The notes under the pieces are model-generated. The model saw only the letters and a list, made by a program, of their open reading frames with translations, made no database searches and had not been told where the DNA came from. DNA of 64,000 bases from Clostridia bacterium. Lineage in GTDB: Bacteria > Bacillota > Clostridia > TANB77 > CAG-508. The translations under genes and the position numbers were made by a program. Of this stretch, positions 1 to 9,899 are shown piece after piece. The stretch's first letter is position 1; each line of letters begins with the position of its first letter. The stretch lies in assembly GCA_017530505.1 (NCBI GenBank), contig JAFXMI010000022.1:7283-71282 (forward strand), written 5' to 3'.

Positions 1-968
1 ATATCTACAGTAACATTAGCTCCATCACCCTTTTTAAAAGGTAATCCATCTTCAACTTCTTTTTTTCCATTTGCATATTGTTCTTCTGTAATATAACCAA
101 GCTCTTTCATTTTCCCTAAAACGGTTATTACTCTTTTATTAATTCTTTCCTTCATTTTTCCTTCAGGATCTTCAGCAAACGGTTTATAAAAATTTGGTGA
201 ATGATTAATTCCAGCTAAATATGCACATTCAGCAATACTTAAATCTTTAACATCTTTGTCAAAATAGTAAACAGAACCAAGGGCAACACCATTAATATCA
301 TCGCCACCAACAAAAATAATATTTAAATATAATTCTAATATTTGATCTTTTGAAAGATACTGTTCAATTTGAATGGCTTTTGCCATTTCCTTAACTTTTC
401 TTAAAGCTCCAGCCATACCAGAATCATCTTTATCAGATGTAATATTTTTAACTAATTGCTGGGTTATTGTACTTCCTCCAAAAGATGAATCTCCCGCATG
501 AGTTAAAAACATAAAAGTTGCTGCAGCTGTTCTTTTTAAATCTACCCCTCTATGTGTTTCAAATCTTTCATCTTCTATTGATATGTATGCTTTTGGTAAG
601 TATTCTGCCATTTCAGATAAACTAACAATTTTCCTTTTCGTTCCTCCACTTAAAGTAGCAAGTTCATTTCCATCTTTATCGTATACAGTTGAGTTTTTAA
701 ATTTAATTACTAAATCCTCTTTACTAATTTTTAATTCATCACCAAAAATACCAAAAAAAGTACCAACTAAAACTCCCATTCCAATTATAAAACATAAAAT
801 TAAAACAATTATTGTAATTTTAATACCTGTAGTTAGTCTTGGATGTCTAACACTAAACTTTGCCTTTTTTTCATATACAGATTTTCCTGTAGAAAGTTTT
901 CTAGTTTTTTTATTTAGATTTGAACTTTTAATTCTTTTTGTTTCATCTTTATTATCTTTACTTCCCAT
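1..968 (-). CDS. Class A penicillin-binding protein, N-terminal transglycosylase part (3' end lies outside the window)
   Basis: Absent from the ORF track because it is open to the window edge. My minus-strand translation from ATG at 968 (RBS AAGGAGG at 973-979) gives a basic N-terminus and a TM helix. GT51 motifs EDERFETHRGVD and GGSTITQQLVKN follow. Confidence 0.85.
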   Translation of the reverse strand, partial: MGSKDNKDETKRIKSSNLNKKTRKLSTGKSVYEKKAKFSVRHPRLTTGIKITIIVLILCFIIGMGVLVGTFFGIFGDELKISKEDLVIKFKNSTVYDKDGNELATLSGGTKRKIVSLSEMAEYLPKAYISIEDERFETHRGVDLKRTAAATFMFLTHAGDSSFGGSTITQQLVKNITSDKDDSGMAGALRKVKEMAKAIQIEQYLSKDQILELYLNIIFVGGDDINGVALGSVYYFDKDVKDLSIAECAYLAGINHSPNFYKPFAEDPEGKMKERINKRVITVLGKMKELGYITEEQYANGKKEVEDGLPFKKGDGANVTVD

Positions 969-1069
969 AATTCCTCCTTACGGTAGTTTAAAATTTTACT
1001 TTGTTATTATATCATATTTTAAGAAAATTGAAAGTCTTTTTACTGTATTTTTTTACTAAATCAAATTTT

Positions 1070-1940
1070 CTATAATAAGTCAGATGTCTTAGTAAAAATA
1101 TTTGCTCCTTCAAAAATTAATCTATTTGTACCGCAAAATTTTTCATCATAAATACTTCCGTGGTGCTGCAAAAATGTCTTTTCCTTGATCTAATCCGTAT
1201 CCAACAGTAATCATTGTACCGCTTTTATCTCCAGCTTCTGTTACTAAAATTTTATTAGCTAAACCTGAAACAATTCTGTTTCGTTCTAAAAAATAATATG
1301 GCTTTGCTTTTGTTCCAACAATATATTCTGAAATAACTAATCCATTGTTTTGAATTATTTTATTATAAAGACCAACATTATTTCTAGGATAAATATCCTG
1401 ATTTGATAAACCATTTGCTAGTACAGCAATTGTTTTTCCATATTTTCCTTGTAAACTTCCAAGATGTGCAAAACTATCAACTCCATTTGCCATCCCACTT
1501 ACAGTATTAATATTTAAATTACTAAGTTCTTTTGCAGTTTCAAATGCAATTTTTTTACCATAATTACTAGAATTTCTTGCTCCTATTATTGCAATACATT
1601 CTTTTTTAAGTATTTCAATATTTCCCTTTGCAAAAATATATATAGGTGCATCAAGTATATTTTTTAAGCTATTTGGATATTCTTTACTATTAATAAAAAT
1701 CTGTATTATTTTATTCTGTTCCATATATTTTTGATATTTTTCTAATCCAATTTTATTGTTTTTTTCCAAAAATTTTTCTATTGAAACAGTTTTTAATCCT
1801 AATTTTATATATTTTTCTTCAGTAAAATAAAAAATCTCTCGTGTTGTAAAATTTTCGTATAATTTTGCTTTTATTCTGTTTGCAACTTTAACTCTTGCAA
1901 ACCATATATCATAAATATTATTCAAAATCTCTCCTTCCAT
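1070..1940 (-). CDS. dprA: DNA processing protein DprA; the frame moves +1 at CGG 1158-1160
   Basis: The 264-aa track ORF carries GMANGVDSFAH and ends AAPRKYL* just after CCA CGG AAG. The +1 frame continues GSIYDEKFCGTNRLIFEGANIF...* to TAG at 1070-1072, which is the conserved DprA C-terminus. Confidence 0.85.
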
Positions 1941-2065
1941 TTTATAAAGTTTTCATATTATTACTATTTTTTTCAAATTTAAGCAATAAAAATTTCCTTA
2001 AATACAATTTTTACAAGAATATTTGCTTAAGATTATAAGCAATAAGATAAATTTAGAATTTTTAA

Positions 2066-2096
2066 TAAAATATCATAACTAAGTTATGATATCAAT
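2066..2096 (-). terminator. Putative intrinsic terminator downstream of yvcK
   Basis: 10-bp perfect hairpin atatcataac/gttatgatat, followed on the minus strand by a T-rich run. Confidence 0.45.
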
Positions 2097-2119
2097 AAAT
2101 CTTCTTTTTGTTTAATTTT

Positions 2120-3080
2120 TTATTTCTGTCTCATTAAATATGAAAAAATTAGCGAACTAATTTTTAAACTATTATGTTTTATAGTTCCATCTTGAGTTGT
2201 AACAAGATCATCTTCAATAAGTTCATATTTTTTATTATTTATATTTTGATAATCTATTTTTACTGGTTCTTTTTGTTCCTCATCTGCATATTTTTCAATT
2301 ATTTTATTAGAAAGTTTTGTATTACTTGCAATAACAACATCTATAACATTTTCTCCAATATATTGTTCTAAACAATCCACGTGATCAGAAACACCAAATC
2401 CATCTGTTTCTCCTGGTTGAGTCATAACATTACATATATACATTACTTTTGCTTTTGAATTTTTTATAGCTTCACTAACATCTTTACAAATAATATGTGG
2501 CATTACAGAAGTATACAAACTACCTGTAGAAATAATAATCAAATCTGCTTTGTTTAAAGCATTAGTAACCTCTTTTAATACATGAGGCTCTTCCTTATAA
2601 AAAAACTTTTTATACTTTTTCCCGGCACTTGTAATTTCTTCTTCACCTTCTATAACTTCACCTTCCGTTGTTTCAGCCATTAAGGTTAAATAATCTTCTG
2701 ATAAAGGAAGAACTGTTGCTTTCACATCTAAAATTTTACTTAAATACTCAATACTTGTTTTTAAGCTACCTGTTTCATTTATTAAAGAAGTTAAAACAAG
2801 ATTTCCTAAAGCATGACCGATTTAATTCACTTTTTGCTTTTAATCTATATTCCATAACATCTCTAACTTCATTTGGTAATGTAGAAAGATTGCTTAAAAC
2901 TTTTCTTATATCTCCAACAGCTGGAGTTGAAAATTCTTTCCTTAATCTTCCTGTACTTGAACCATTATCAGAAACAGTAATTACACATGTTAAATCAATA
3001 GGGAAATATTTTAATCCCCTTACTATATAAGATGTTCCAGTTCCACCACCTAAAATAACCACTTTTTTATTTTGTTGCAT
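2120..3080 (-). CDS. yvcK: YvcK/CofD-family gluconeogenesis factor; the frame moves +1 at CGG 2817-2819
   Basis: N-terminal ORF has KVVILGGGTGTSYIVRGLK...VSDNGSSTGRLR. After AAT CGG the +1 frame reads GHALGNLVLTSLINETGSLKTSIEYLSKILDVKATVLPLSED, joining ORF 2120..2725. ATG at 3080. Confidence 0.85.
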
Positions 3081-3146
3081 TTCAAATTCCTTTTCCGCCA
3101 TTGGTTTCGTAAATAAATAACACAACCAAAATAGCCCTATTGTTTT

Positions 3147-3689
3147 TTATTTTAAATAATTTGATAATTCATTATAGCATTCATCTCTTTCAACAAGAAT
3201 TTTTTTAACCCTCATTTCATTTAATTCACTCAAACTAACAAATTTCGTTTTTTGTACTTCATCTTCTTGTAATTTTAGAACATTCTGATTTAAACCTTTT
3301 TTTCTCAATATAAAAAAGTCAGAGTATTGTCTATCTATATGATTTTCATTTACAAATTCTTCTTTTCTAAATGAAAAAATATATCTAAACTTCTTTATTT
3401 CTGTCTCCTCACTTAAATCTAATCCAATTTCCTCATTTATTTCACGTATAGTAGCTTGTAATGAATCTTGACCTGAAATTATATGTCCAGCTACAGATAT
3501 ATCCCACATATCAGGATTTTTATCTTTTTTATGACTTCTTTGCTGAATTAATATTTCATTGTTTTCATTAATAATTGCTACAATAATTATTCTATGCCAT
3601 AAACCTTTTTTATGTACTTCTCTTCTTGGTAATATTTCACCGGTTTTAATTCCATTTTCATCTATAACATCTATCATTTCTTCTTGCAT
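3147..3689 (-). CDS. NUDIX hydrolase
   Basis: Nudix box GHIISGQDSLQATIREINEEIGL in the 180-aa ORF. Confidence 0.8.
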   Translation of the reverse strand: MQEEMIDVIDENGIKTGEILPRREVHKKGLWHRIIIVAIINENNEILIQQRSHKKDKNPDMWDISVAGHIISGQDSLQATIREINEEIGLDLSEETEIKKFRYIFSFRKEEFVNENHIDRQYSDFFILRKKGLNQNVLKLQEDEVQKTKFVSLSELNEMRVKKILVERDECYNELSNYLK

Positions 3690-3906
3690 TTCTTATCTCC
3701 TAAACTATATCTTTAAAAAGCTTTAGTATTTTTCAAAAATTCCTTTAGCCTATCATTTATATTTAGATTTATTTTCCCTCATATAAATCAATATACTTTA
3801 TAATTATATCATAATCTTTTATAAAAGTATAGATAATAAATCTTTTTTTGTATTTTCTCTTGAAGTATTTATAAAAAAATGGTAAAATTCTAATATTAGA
3901 ACATTT

Positions 3907-3981
3907 TGGGGTGTAGCCAAGCGGTAAGGCAGACGGCTCTGACCCGTCGATGCGTAAGTTCGAATCTTACCACCCCAGCCA
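3907..3981 (+). tRNA. tRNA-Gln (anticodon CUG) with encoded CCA
   Basis: Cloverleaf read by hand. Acceptor TGGGGTG/CACCCCA, anticodon stem GACGG/CCGTC with loop CTCTGAC, T-arm GTAAG-TTCGAAT-CTTAC, discriminator G, then CCA. Confidence 0.85.
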
Positions 3982-4055
3982 AAGCTATCTTATTATTAGA
4001 TTTTTTCTGTAATTTATCTATCGCCCCAATTGCACAGAAAGGAATTATTTTAAAG

Positions 4056-4985
4056 ATGTCAAAAATTTCTATAATAGTTTCATGTTATAATGAAGAAAAA
4101 GCTCTTCCTTTATTTTATGAAGAAGTTGAAAAAAACATAAAAGAATTTAAAAATACAGAATTTGAATATATTTTTGTTAATGATGGTTCTCAAGATAAAA
4201 CTTTAGAGGTAATAAAAAAATTAAGAAAAAAGGACAAAAAAATTAAATATTTATCTTTTTCTAGAAATTTTGGAAAAGAATCTGCAATGTATGCAGGTTT
4301 AGAACATACTACAGGAAATTATGTTACTTTTATGGATGCTGATTTACAAGATCCTCCTTCACTATTAAAAGAGATGTACGAAATAGTTACTAAAGAAGAA
4401 TATGATGCAGTTGGTACAAGAAGAGTAACACGTAAAGGTGAACCAATAATTAGAAGTTTTTTTGCTCGAATGTTTTATAAGCTAATAAACAAAATCTCAA
4501 AAGTTCAAATTGTTGATGGAGCTAGAGATTTTATTTTAATGAGTAAACCTGTTGCAGATGCTCTTCTTTCATTAAAAGAATATAATCGCTTTTCAAAAGG
4601 ATTATTTAATTTTGTTGGTTTTAAAGTAAAATGGATTGAATTTGAAAATGTTGAAAGAATAGCTGGAGAAACAAAATGGTCATTTTGGAAACTTTTTAGA
4701 TATGCAATAGAAGGAATAACGGCATTTTCCACAGCACCGCTTGTTTTTTCTTCTTTTATTGGATTGTTTTTCTGTTTAATTTCATTTTTACTAATATTAG
4801 TTATAATTATTAAAACATTAATTATGGGAGATCCAACCAGCGGTTGGCCTAGTTTAGTATGTATAATTTTTATGGTCAGTGGAATTCAATTATTTTCACT
4901 TGGAATAATTGGAAAATATCTATCAACAACATACCTTGAAGTAAAAAAAAGGCCTATTTATATTATTAAAGAAAAAGATATTTAA
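4056..4985 (+). CDS. Family 2 glycosyltransferase, GtrB/CsbB-like polyprenol-phosphate sugar transferase
   Basis: From M51 of the track ORF: MSKISIIVSCYNEEKALP...VNDGSQDKT...FMDADLQDPP, plus two C-terminal TM helices. The upstream part of the track ORF overlaps the tRNA. Confidence 0.85.
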   Translation: MSKISIIVSCYNEEKALPLFYEEVEKNIKEFKNTEFEYIFVNDGSQDKTLEVIKKLRKKDKKIKYLSFSRNFGKESAMYAGLEHTTGNYVTFMDADLQDPPSLLKEMYEIVTKEEYDAVGTRRVTRKGEPIIRSFFARMFYKLINKISKVQIVDGARDFILMSKPVADALLSLKEYNRFSKGLFNFVGFKVKWIEFENVERIAGETKWSFWKLFRYAIEGITAFSTAPLVFSSFIGLFFCLISFLLILVIIIKTLIMGDPTSGWPSLVCIIFMVSGIQLFSLGIIGKYLSTTYLEVKKRPIYIIKEKDI

Positions 4986-4994
4986 ATTGTTGTA

Positions 4995-5384
4995 CTAAAA
5001 AACATTTTTAAATGTTAAATTATATTTTCTTTCGATATGCTTTAGAAGAAGTTTTGTTTCTGCAATATCTTCTAAGGCATTTTGATTTTCCTCATTTTTT
5101 ACATTTTCTACAATTGTTGTTATCTTTAAACTAACTTTTTCGGCTACTTCATGCTCTACAAAAAAGGATAATTTATTTTCAGTTTTTTCCCAATTATTCT
5201 TAAGTTCTTTAGCCATCTTATTAATTTCTTTTTCATTTTTTTCTAAAATTCTATTTTCTAATTTACCTAAATCATTTATTATATCTTCCATTAATTTATT
5301 TGTTTTAAAAAACAAAAATAAGTCTAATAATATAACTATTATTAAAATAAAAAAAATTAAAAACATTTTTTTAGAATTTTCCAA
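4995..5384 (-). CDS. DUF4363-family small membrane protein
   Basis: N-terminal TM helix then a helical Lys/Glu-rich domain. TTG start with RBS AAGGAGA. Paired with a DUF421 gene, as is common in Firmicutes. Confidence 0.65.
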   Translation of the reverse strand: MENSKKMFLIFFILIIVILLDLFLFFKTNKLMEDIINDLGKLENRILEKNEKEINKMAKELKNNWEKTENKLSFFVEHEVAEKVSLKITTIVENVKNEENQNALEDIAETKLLLKHIERKYNLTFKNVF

Positions 5385-5395
5385 AATTAATCTCC

Positions 5396-6071
5396 TTATT
5401 TATTTTCTTTTTTCTGCGCAAAAATACTTTTATCACCGTCCTTGAGCAACTATTAAAGCTTCTTCAGGTTCAAATCCAAATTTTTTTACTTCCTTTTTAA
5501 GCCAATTATAATCTTTACCTAAAATCTTTAAATTTTCATACATAACTTGTCCATCTAAAACTAAATCATAAGCAATTCCTTCGTATTCTGCATTTATATC
5601 CAAATCTTCTGTTTTTAAAGCTCTTTTTTCAGGTTTTAAAATAATATTTAATTGTCCATTAGTTTCTAAAATTGCAAATTCTATATCACCAATATTTGTA
5701 ACGCCATACGCTCTTAATCTTTCTTCTAATTCATTTAAAGACATAGATTCCTTTCTTAATGCTTCTTCAACAATTTTTCCACTATGAATTATAATTCTAG
5801 GTTTTCCGCAAATAATACCTCTTAAAATAATACTTTTTACATTTATAATAGATAAAATCATATGCATAAATAATAAACCTAAAATTGGAACAATTCCATT
5901 TAAAAGAGGAATTCCTGAATCTTGCATTGGAATAGTTGATAAATTTGCAATAATCATAGAAATTACAAATTCAAATGGTTGTAATTGGCTGATTTCACGT
6001 TTTCCCATAAGTCTCATAACTATTAAAACATTTATATATAAAATTATGCTTCTTACAAAAATTAAAAGCAT
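5396..6071 (-). CDS. DUF421 (YetF-like) membrane protein; the 3' end is ambiguous (5433 if CGG is read as a sense codon, 5396 if +1 at CGG 5436-5438)
   Basis: The 212-aa ORF has N-terminal TM helices and a YetF-like C-domain. It ends GGA CGG TGA. The +1 frame adds GDKSIFAQKKENK* and ends inside the RBS of the next gene. Confidence 0.7.
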
Positions 6072-6241
6072 TTTTTACACTCCTTTTTTATTTTTACTTT
6101 CTTTTCATGTATATTTTTTGCAAAAAATATTAAAATATACTTATATTTATTTTTAAAATAAATATACTAGTAGGTTTATAAGTTTTAAAAAACCTTATTT
6201 TCCAAACTAGTTTACAACTTCAGGAAGGAATGTGATTAATA

Positions 6242-6625
6242 ATGGATAATAATAATTCACGTACAAGTTCTAATTCAAATACTGGAATTGGAACTATAGG
6301 ACAAATTATTGGTAGATTTATAGTTGCAACTATTATTCTTGGAATTACTGCATTTTTCACACCTGGTTTTTCAATTAATAATATTTGGGCATTAGGTGTA
6401 GCAGCAGTTGTTTTAACAGTTATGGATTATTTAATTATAAAATTTACAGGTTTACACGCAATGGCCTTTGGTAAAGGTTTTGTAGGCTTTATTTTGGCTG
6501 TAGTTGCACTTTATGCTACTCAATATTTTGTAGCCGGCTATTCAATTTCTTGGTTTGCAGCAATTGTTGGTGCACTAATATATGGTGTTATTGATTATAT
6601 TATGCCAGGCGAGCAAAACATGTAA
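6242..6625 (+). CDS. Small four-TM membrane protein, phage-holin-4/YvlD-like
   Basis: 127 aa with four hydrophobic segments. The family assignment is from memory of YvlD-type proteins only. Confidence 0.5.
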   Translation: MDNNNSRTSSNSNTGIGTIGQIIGRFIVATIILGITAFFTPGFSINNIWALGVAAVVLTVMDYLIIKFTGLHAMAFGKGFVGFILAVVALYATQYFVAGYSISWFAAIVGALIYGVIDYIMPGEQNM

Positions 6626-6670
6626 AAAAATGGAGACTATTTTCTTAAGAGAATAGTCTCCATTTTTTAT
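6624..6670. terminator. Bidirectional intrinsic terminator between convergent genes
   Basis: Stem atggagactatt/aatagtctccat, flanked by an A-run and a T-run. Confidence 0.8.
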
Positions 6671-6734
6671 TATTCAACTACTTTAGTATTGTATTAAAAA
6701 CACTTTGATATATAATCAAAAAATTAGTTTACAT

Positions 6735-7979
6735 TTATTTATTTTTTTTATCTTTATTTATTTGACGTTCTCTAGCAATTCCCATTTTTCCACTAGGTAC
6801 ATCTTCAGTAATTGTTGAGCCAGCAGCTATTAAAACATCATCTCCAATATTAATTGGAGCTACAAGATTCACATTTGAACCTATAAAAGCATTATTACCA
6901 ATACTTGTTTTATGTTTATTAACTCCATCATAATTACACGTAATTGTACCACATCCAATATTTCCATTTGAACCAATTTCACTATCTCCTAAATAAGATA
7001 AATGAGGTATTTTAGTTCCTTCTCCAACCTTAACATTTTTTATTTCAACAAAACTACCAACTTTTACATCATTAGCAATTTCACAATTTTCTCTAATATA
7101 TGCATTTGGACCAATTTCACAGTTATCCCCAATTTTAACATTATTTTTTATTATAGTATTTGGATGAATAATGGTATCAACTCCAATTTCGACATCATCA
7201 TAAATATATGTTGAATTGGAATCTTCTATTGTAACACCATTTCTCATATGTTCAGCATTAATTCTCATTCTGAGAACTCTTGTTAAAAGTTCTAATTGAG
7301 AACGATCATTAACTCCAAGGATTTCGGTATTATCTTCAACAATTACAGCACCAGTTTTTAGTCCTTCTTCATTCATTATTTTAATAACATCTGTTAAATA
7401 GTATTCTCCTTGAACATTATTATTATTAACTTTTTCTAAAGCCTTTAATAATTCTTCAATATCAAAACAATATATTCCAGAATTTATTTCTTTAATCTTT
7501 CTTTGATTTTCATCTGCATCTTTTTCTTCAACAATTGCTTTAATATTACCTCCCTCATCACGGATAATTCTTCCATATCCTGTTGGGTTTTCATATTTTG
7601 CAGTTAATAAAGTTGCATACTCTTTGTTTTTAATACTTTTACTTATCAAATTATGTAAAGTTTCTGGCCTTATAATTGGAACATCACCATATAATATAAT
7701 AACCTTTCCTTTTTTTCCTTCTAAATACTTTCTTGCTTGCATAACAGCATGGCCAGTTCCTAAAAGTTCATCTTGATAAGCATATTTAACACTATCACCT
7801 AAAACTGCTTGGACTTGTTCTCTTAAATGACCTACAACAGCTATAATTTCTTGTGAACCAACTTTTTCTGCTAGTTCAACTGTTCTTCTAACTAATGGTT
7901 TACCGTATATTTCATGAACAAGTTTTGATTTTTTAGATTTCATCCTTGTTCCCTTTCCAGCAGCCATTATTATCGTCAT
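6735..7979 (-). CDS. glmU: Bifunctional UDP-N-acetylglucosamine diphosphorylase / glucosamine-1-phosphate N-acetyltransferase
   Basis: MAAGKGTRMKS nucleotidyltransferase motif and C-terminal left-handed beta-helix hexapeptide repeats. Likely start at M11 of the track ORF. Confidence 0.9.
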   Translation of the reverse strand: MTIIMAAGKGTRMKSKKSKLVHEIYGKPLVRRTVELAEKVGSQEIIAVVGHLREQVQAVLGDSVKYAYQDELLGTGHAVMQARKYLEGKKGKVIILYGDVPIIRPETLHNLISKSIKNKEYATLLTAKYENPTGYGRIIRDEGGNIKAIVEEKDADENQRKIKEINSGIYCFDIEELLKALEKVNNNNVQGEYYLTDVIKIMNEEGLKTGAVIVEDNTEILGVNDRSQLELLTRVLRMRINAEHMRNGVTIEDSNSTYIYDDVEIGVDTIIHPNTIIKNNVKIGDNCEIGPNAYIRENCEIANDVKVGSFVEIKNVKVGEGTKIPHLSYLGDSEIGSNGNIGCGTITCNYDGVNKHKTSIGNNAFIGSNVNLVAPINIGDDVLIAAGSTITEDVPSGKMGIARERQINKDKKNK

Positions 7980-8071
7980 AACATATTCTTCATAATCATA
8001 AAATTCCATAACTATTATCCCTCATAATATATTTTTATTCTATTATTTTCATTTTATTCCTAAGTTATTTT

Positions 8072-8100
8072 ATTTTATTACATTATTCCCTATAAGTCAA
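8072..8100 (-). promoter_or_regulatory. Sigma-A-type promoter for glmU
   Basis: Minus strand reads TTGACT, 17 nt, TAAAAT, about 60 nt upstream of the glmU start. Confidence 0.5.
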
Positions 8101-8379
8101 GGAATTTTCACCAAAACGTAAGGATTAGTATGGATTCTTGTTGTTTTTACTCTCGTTATTATCCGTAAAGAAATACCAATCTGATATAGAAATCTCTATG
8201 TTTCTTTGTGTATCGAAATGCTACGGGCAAAGCACCGTACGGAACACCTCCTGTCGCCACCCGCTTTATATTATAATTATCTTATCTTCAATCTGATGCT
8301 TCGAACTCAAGCTTATTTCAGATTGAAGATACATGCGTTATTAACATAACAATTTTTATGTTTCTAATTTTTTACGAAA

Positions 8380-9646
8380 TTAGAAAGTCGTGCTCAAACG
8401 GACATAGTCGTTACCATCAACATTGATGCAGTTCATAGAGCCACAGTCGAAGCTGACGCTATACACATAGACTGGACTGCCCTGCGAATAAAGCAAGTAC
8501 CATGGACTGCCCTGCGAAGAAGACCAGTACCAGTCACTTAACCCTTTATTTTCATAATTGCTTGAGGTTATTCCAAGTTCTTCGCAGAAAGCACTCCACT
8601 CTGATTTTGATGGAATAAACCATTTTTTACTATCTAATGCTGTACTTACTATGTTATATTGACCATCTTGAATTGCTCCCCATAAATCAATATAATCTTT
8701 TCCAGAAGAAGCTGTTGTTTGTTCTCCATATTTTGCTGTATTGTTATTCCAGTCATTTATCATATCTATTGTTTTTTGCTTTCCTTCGCCAAAGTCATTT
8801 GCAGAACCTTCTATTTGTCTATCTAATTTTCCATTTGCATTATAATACCAATAAAAAATATCATTAGAATTATTTGTAAAATCTTCAAGCGTCATTACAT
8901 AAAATCTATCTTTTGTACCACTTGAATTTGTTGCAGGAACTAGCACCTCTTTTTCTCCAAATCCTTCATTTGCTTTATATATTCCTGCTGTTGTTTGTCC
9001 TGCATAGGTTTTAGTAGATACAACATAATCTTTTACGCTTGTTACATCATCTATTTTCGTAACATTATAATCTGACCATCCTCCAGTATCATTATTCCAA
9101 CGTCCACTTTTTGTATTTCCAACTACCATATCTGCATATATTATTCCATCTACATCTCCATCATTATCTATATCTGCATAATATCCTACATAACTGTCTG
9201 TTTTTTCTGTTGATTTTGCTATAGTCGTTTCTTTTACTTCTTTCTTTATTGTTACGCCATCTAGTACCTCAGATAATTTTACGGTATATTCACCACTTTT
9301 TGTTTTCATTACCTGATTTAAATCTGATAAGTCTTCTGGTATAGTATCTTCTTTAAAATATGTTCCTAAAATTTCTTTTATTTTTGTTTCTGTTGGATCT
9401 TCTCCTTTTTTGTCTGCTAACTCCCCTAATATGTCTAATCTTGTTTGCTCTACTATTTGGTTCTTGTCTGTTATTTCTTTTGCTTCTGTCGCTTTTTGCA
9501 AAATACCATTATCACCAGATAACATTGATATAGAAATTCCGAGCTAAAATAAGTAAAACGATAACTGTAATAACTAATGCAATCAAAGTAATACCAGCAC
9601 TTTGCACGTTTTTATTTTTTCTCTTTTTCAATTGATTTTTTCCCAT
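8380..9646 (-). CDS. Secreted pilin-like-leader protein with a DUF1566-like C-terminal domain; the frame moves +1 at CGG 9539-9541
   Basis: ATG at 9646 gives MGKNQLKKRKNKNVQSAGITLIALVITVIVLLILA, then GCT CGG. The +1 frame gives GISISMLSGDNGILQKATEAKE, joining the 381-aa ORF. The C-terminus (WFIPSKSEW...YWSSS...VRLS) resembles DUF1566. Confidence 0.7.
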
Positions 9647-9700
9647 TTTCTTCCTCTTTCTTGTCTTTGGTTAAAAGACATATAATTAATGTTTATATAA

Positions 9701-9729
9701 TGTATAATATTTTATTATTTATATGTCAA
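9701..9729 (-). promoter_or_regulatory. Sigma-A-type promoter for the pilin-like gene
   Basis: Minus strand reads TTGACA (9729-9724), 17 nt, TATACA (9706-9701). Confidence 0.5.
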
Positions 9730-9844
9730 CATCTCTAAAATACCCGTGTGTGTGCACGTGCGTGCATACAGCCCAAATGGTTTGCTATCTTTTGCTCATA
9801 TTATTACTTTCTCCTTTTTTCTTTTGTATTATTATTTTATAAAT

Positions 9845-9873
9845 AAAAAACACTTTTGGCAAGTGTTTTTTTG
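9845..9873. terminator. Bidirectional intrinsic terminator
   Basis: aaaaaacactt-ttggc-aagtgttttttt: hairpin with an A-run and a T-run. Confidence 0.7.
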
Positions 9874-9899
9874 TTTTTTATTTTTCATTTTTTAAATAT

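Noticed and set aside
583-1059. 158-aa plus-strand ORF in the track
   Set aside because: It is low-complexity and antisense to a well-supported PBP transglycosylase gene on the minus strand (1-968). It is an AT-rich antisense artefact.
3906-4055. N-terminal 50 codons of track ORF 3906..4985
   Set aside because: This stretch is the tRNA-Gln gene and its downstream spacer. The glycosyltransferase starts at ATG 4056.
8215-8250. Group II intron domain V-like CCGTACGG segment
   Set aside because: The flanks do not form the 34-nt domain V helix with a GNRA loop. No GUGYG 5' end, reverse transcriptase ORF or other intron domains are present.
8245-8270. T-box-like string AAAGCGGGTGGCGAC on the minus strand
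   Set aside because: It only partly matches the T-box consensus (AAnnnGGGTGGTACCGCG). It sits at the 5' rather than the 3' end of the structured region, and it lies upstream of the glmU promoter. No Stem I/specifier features were seen.
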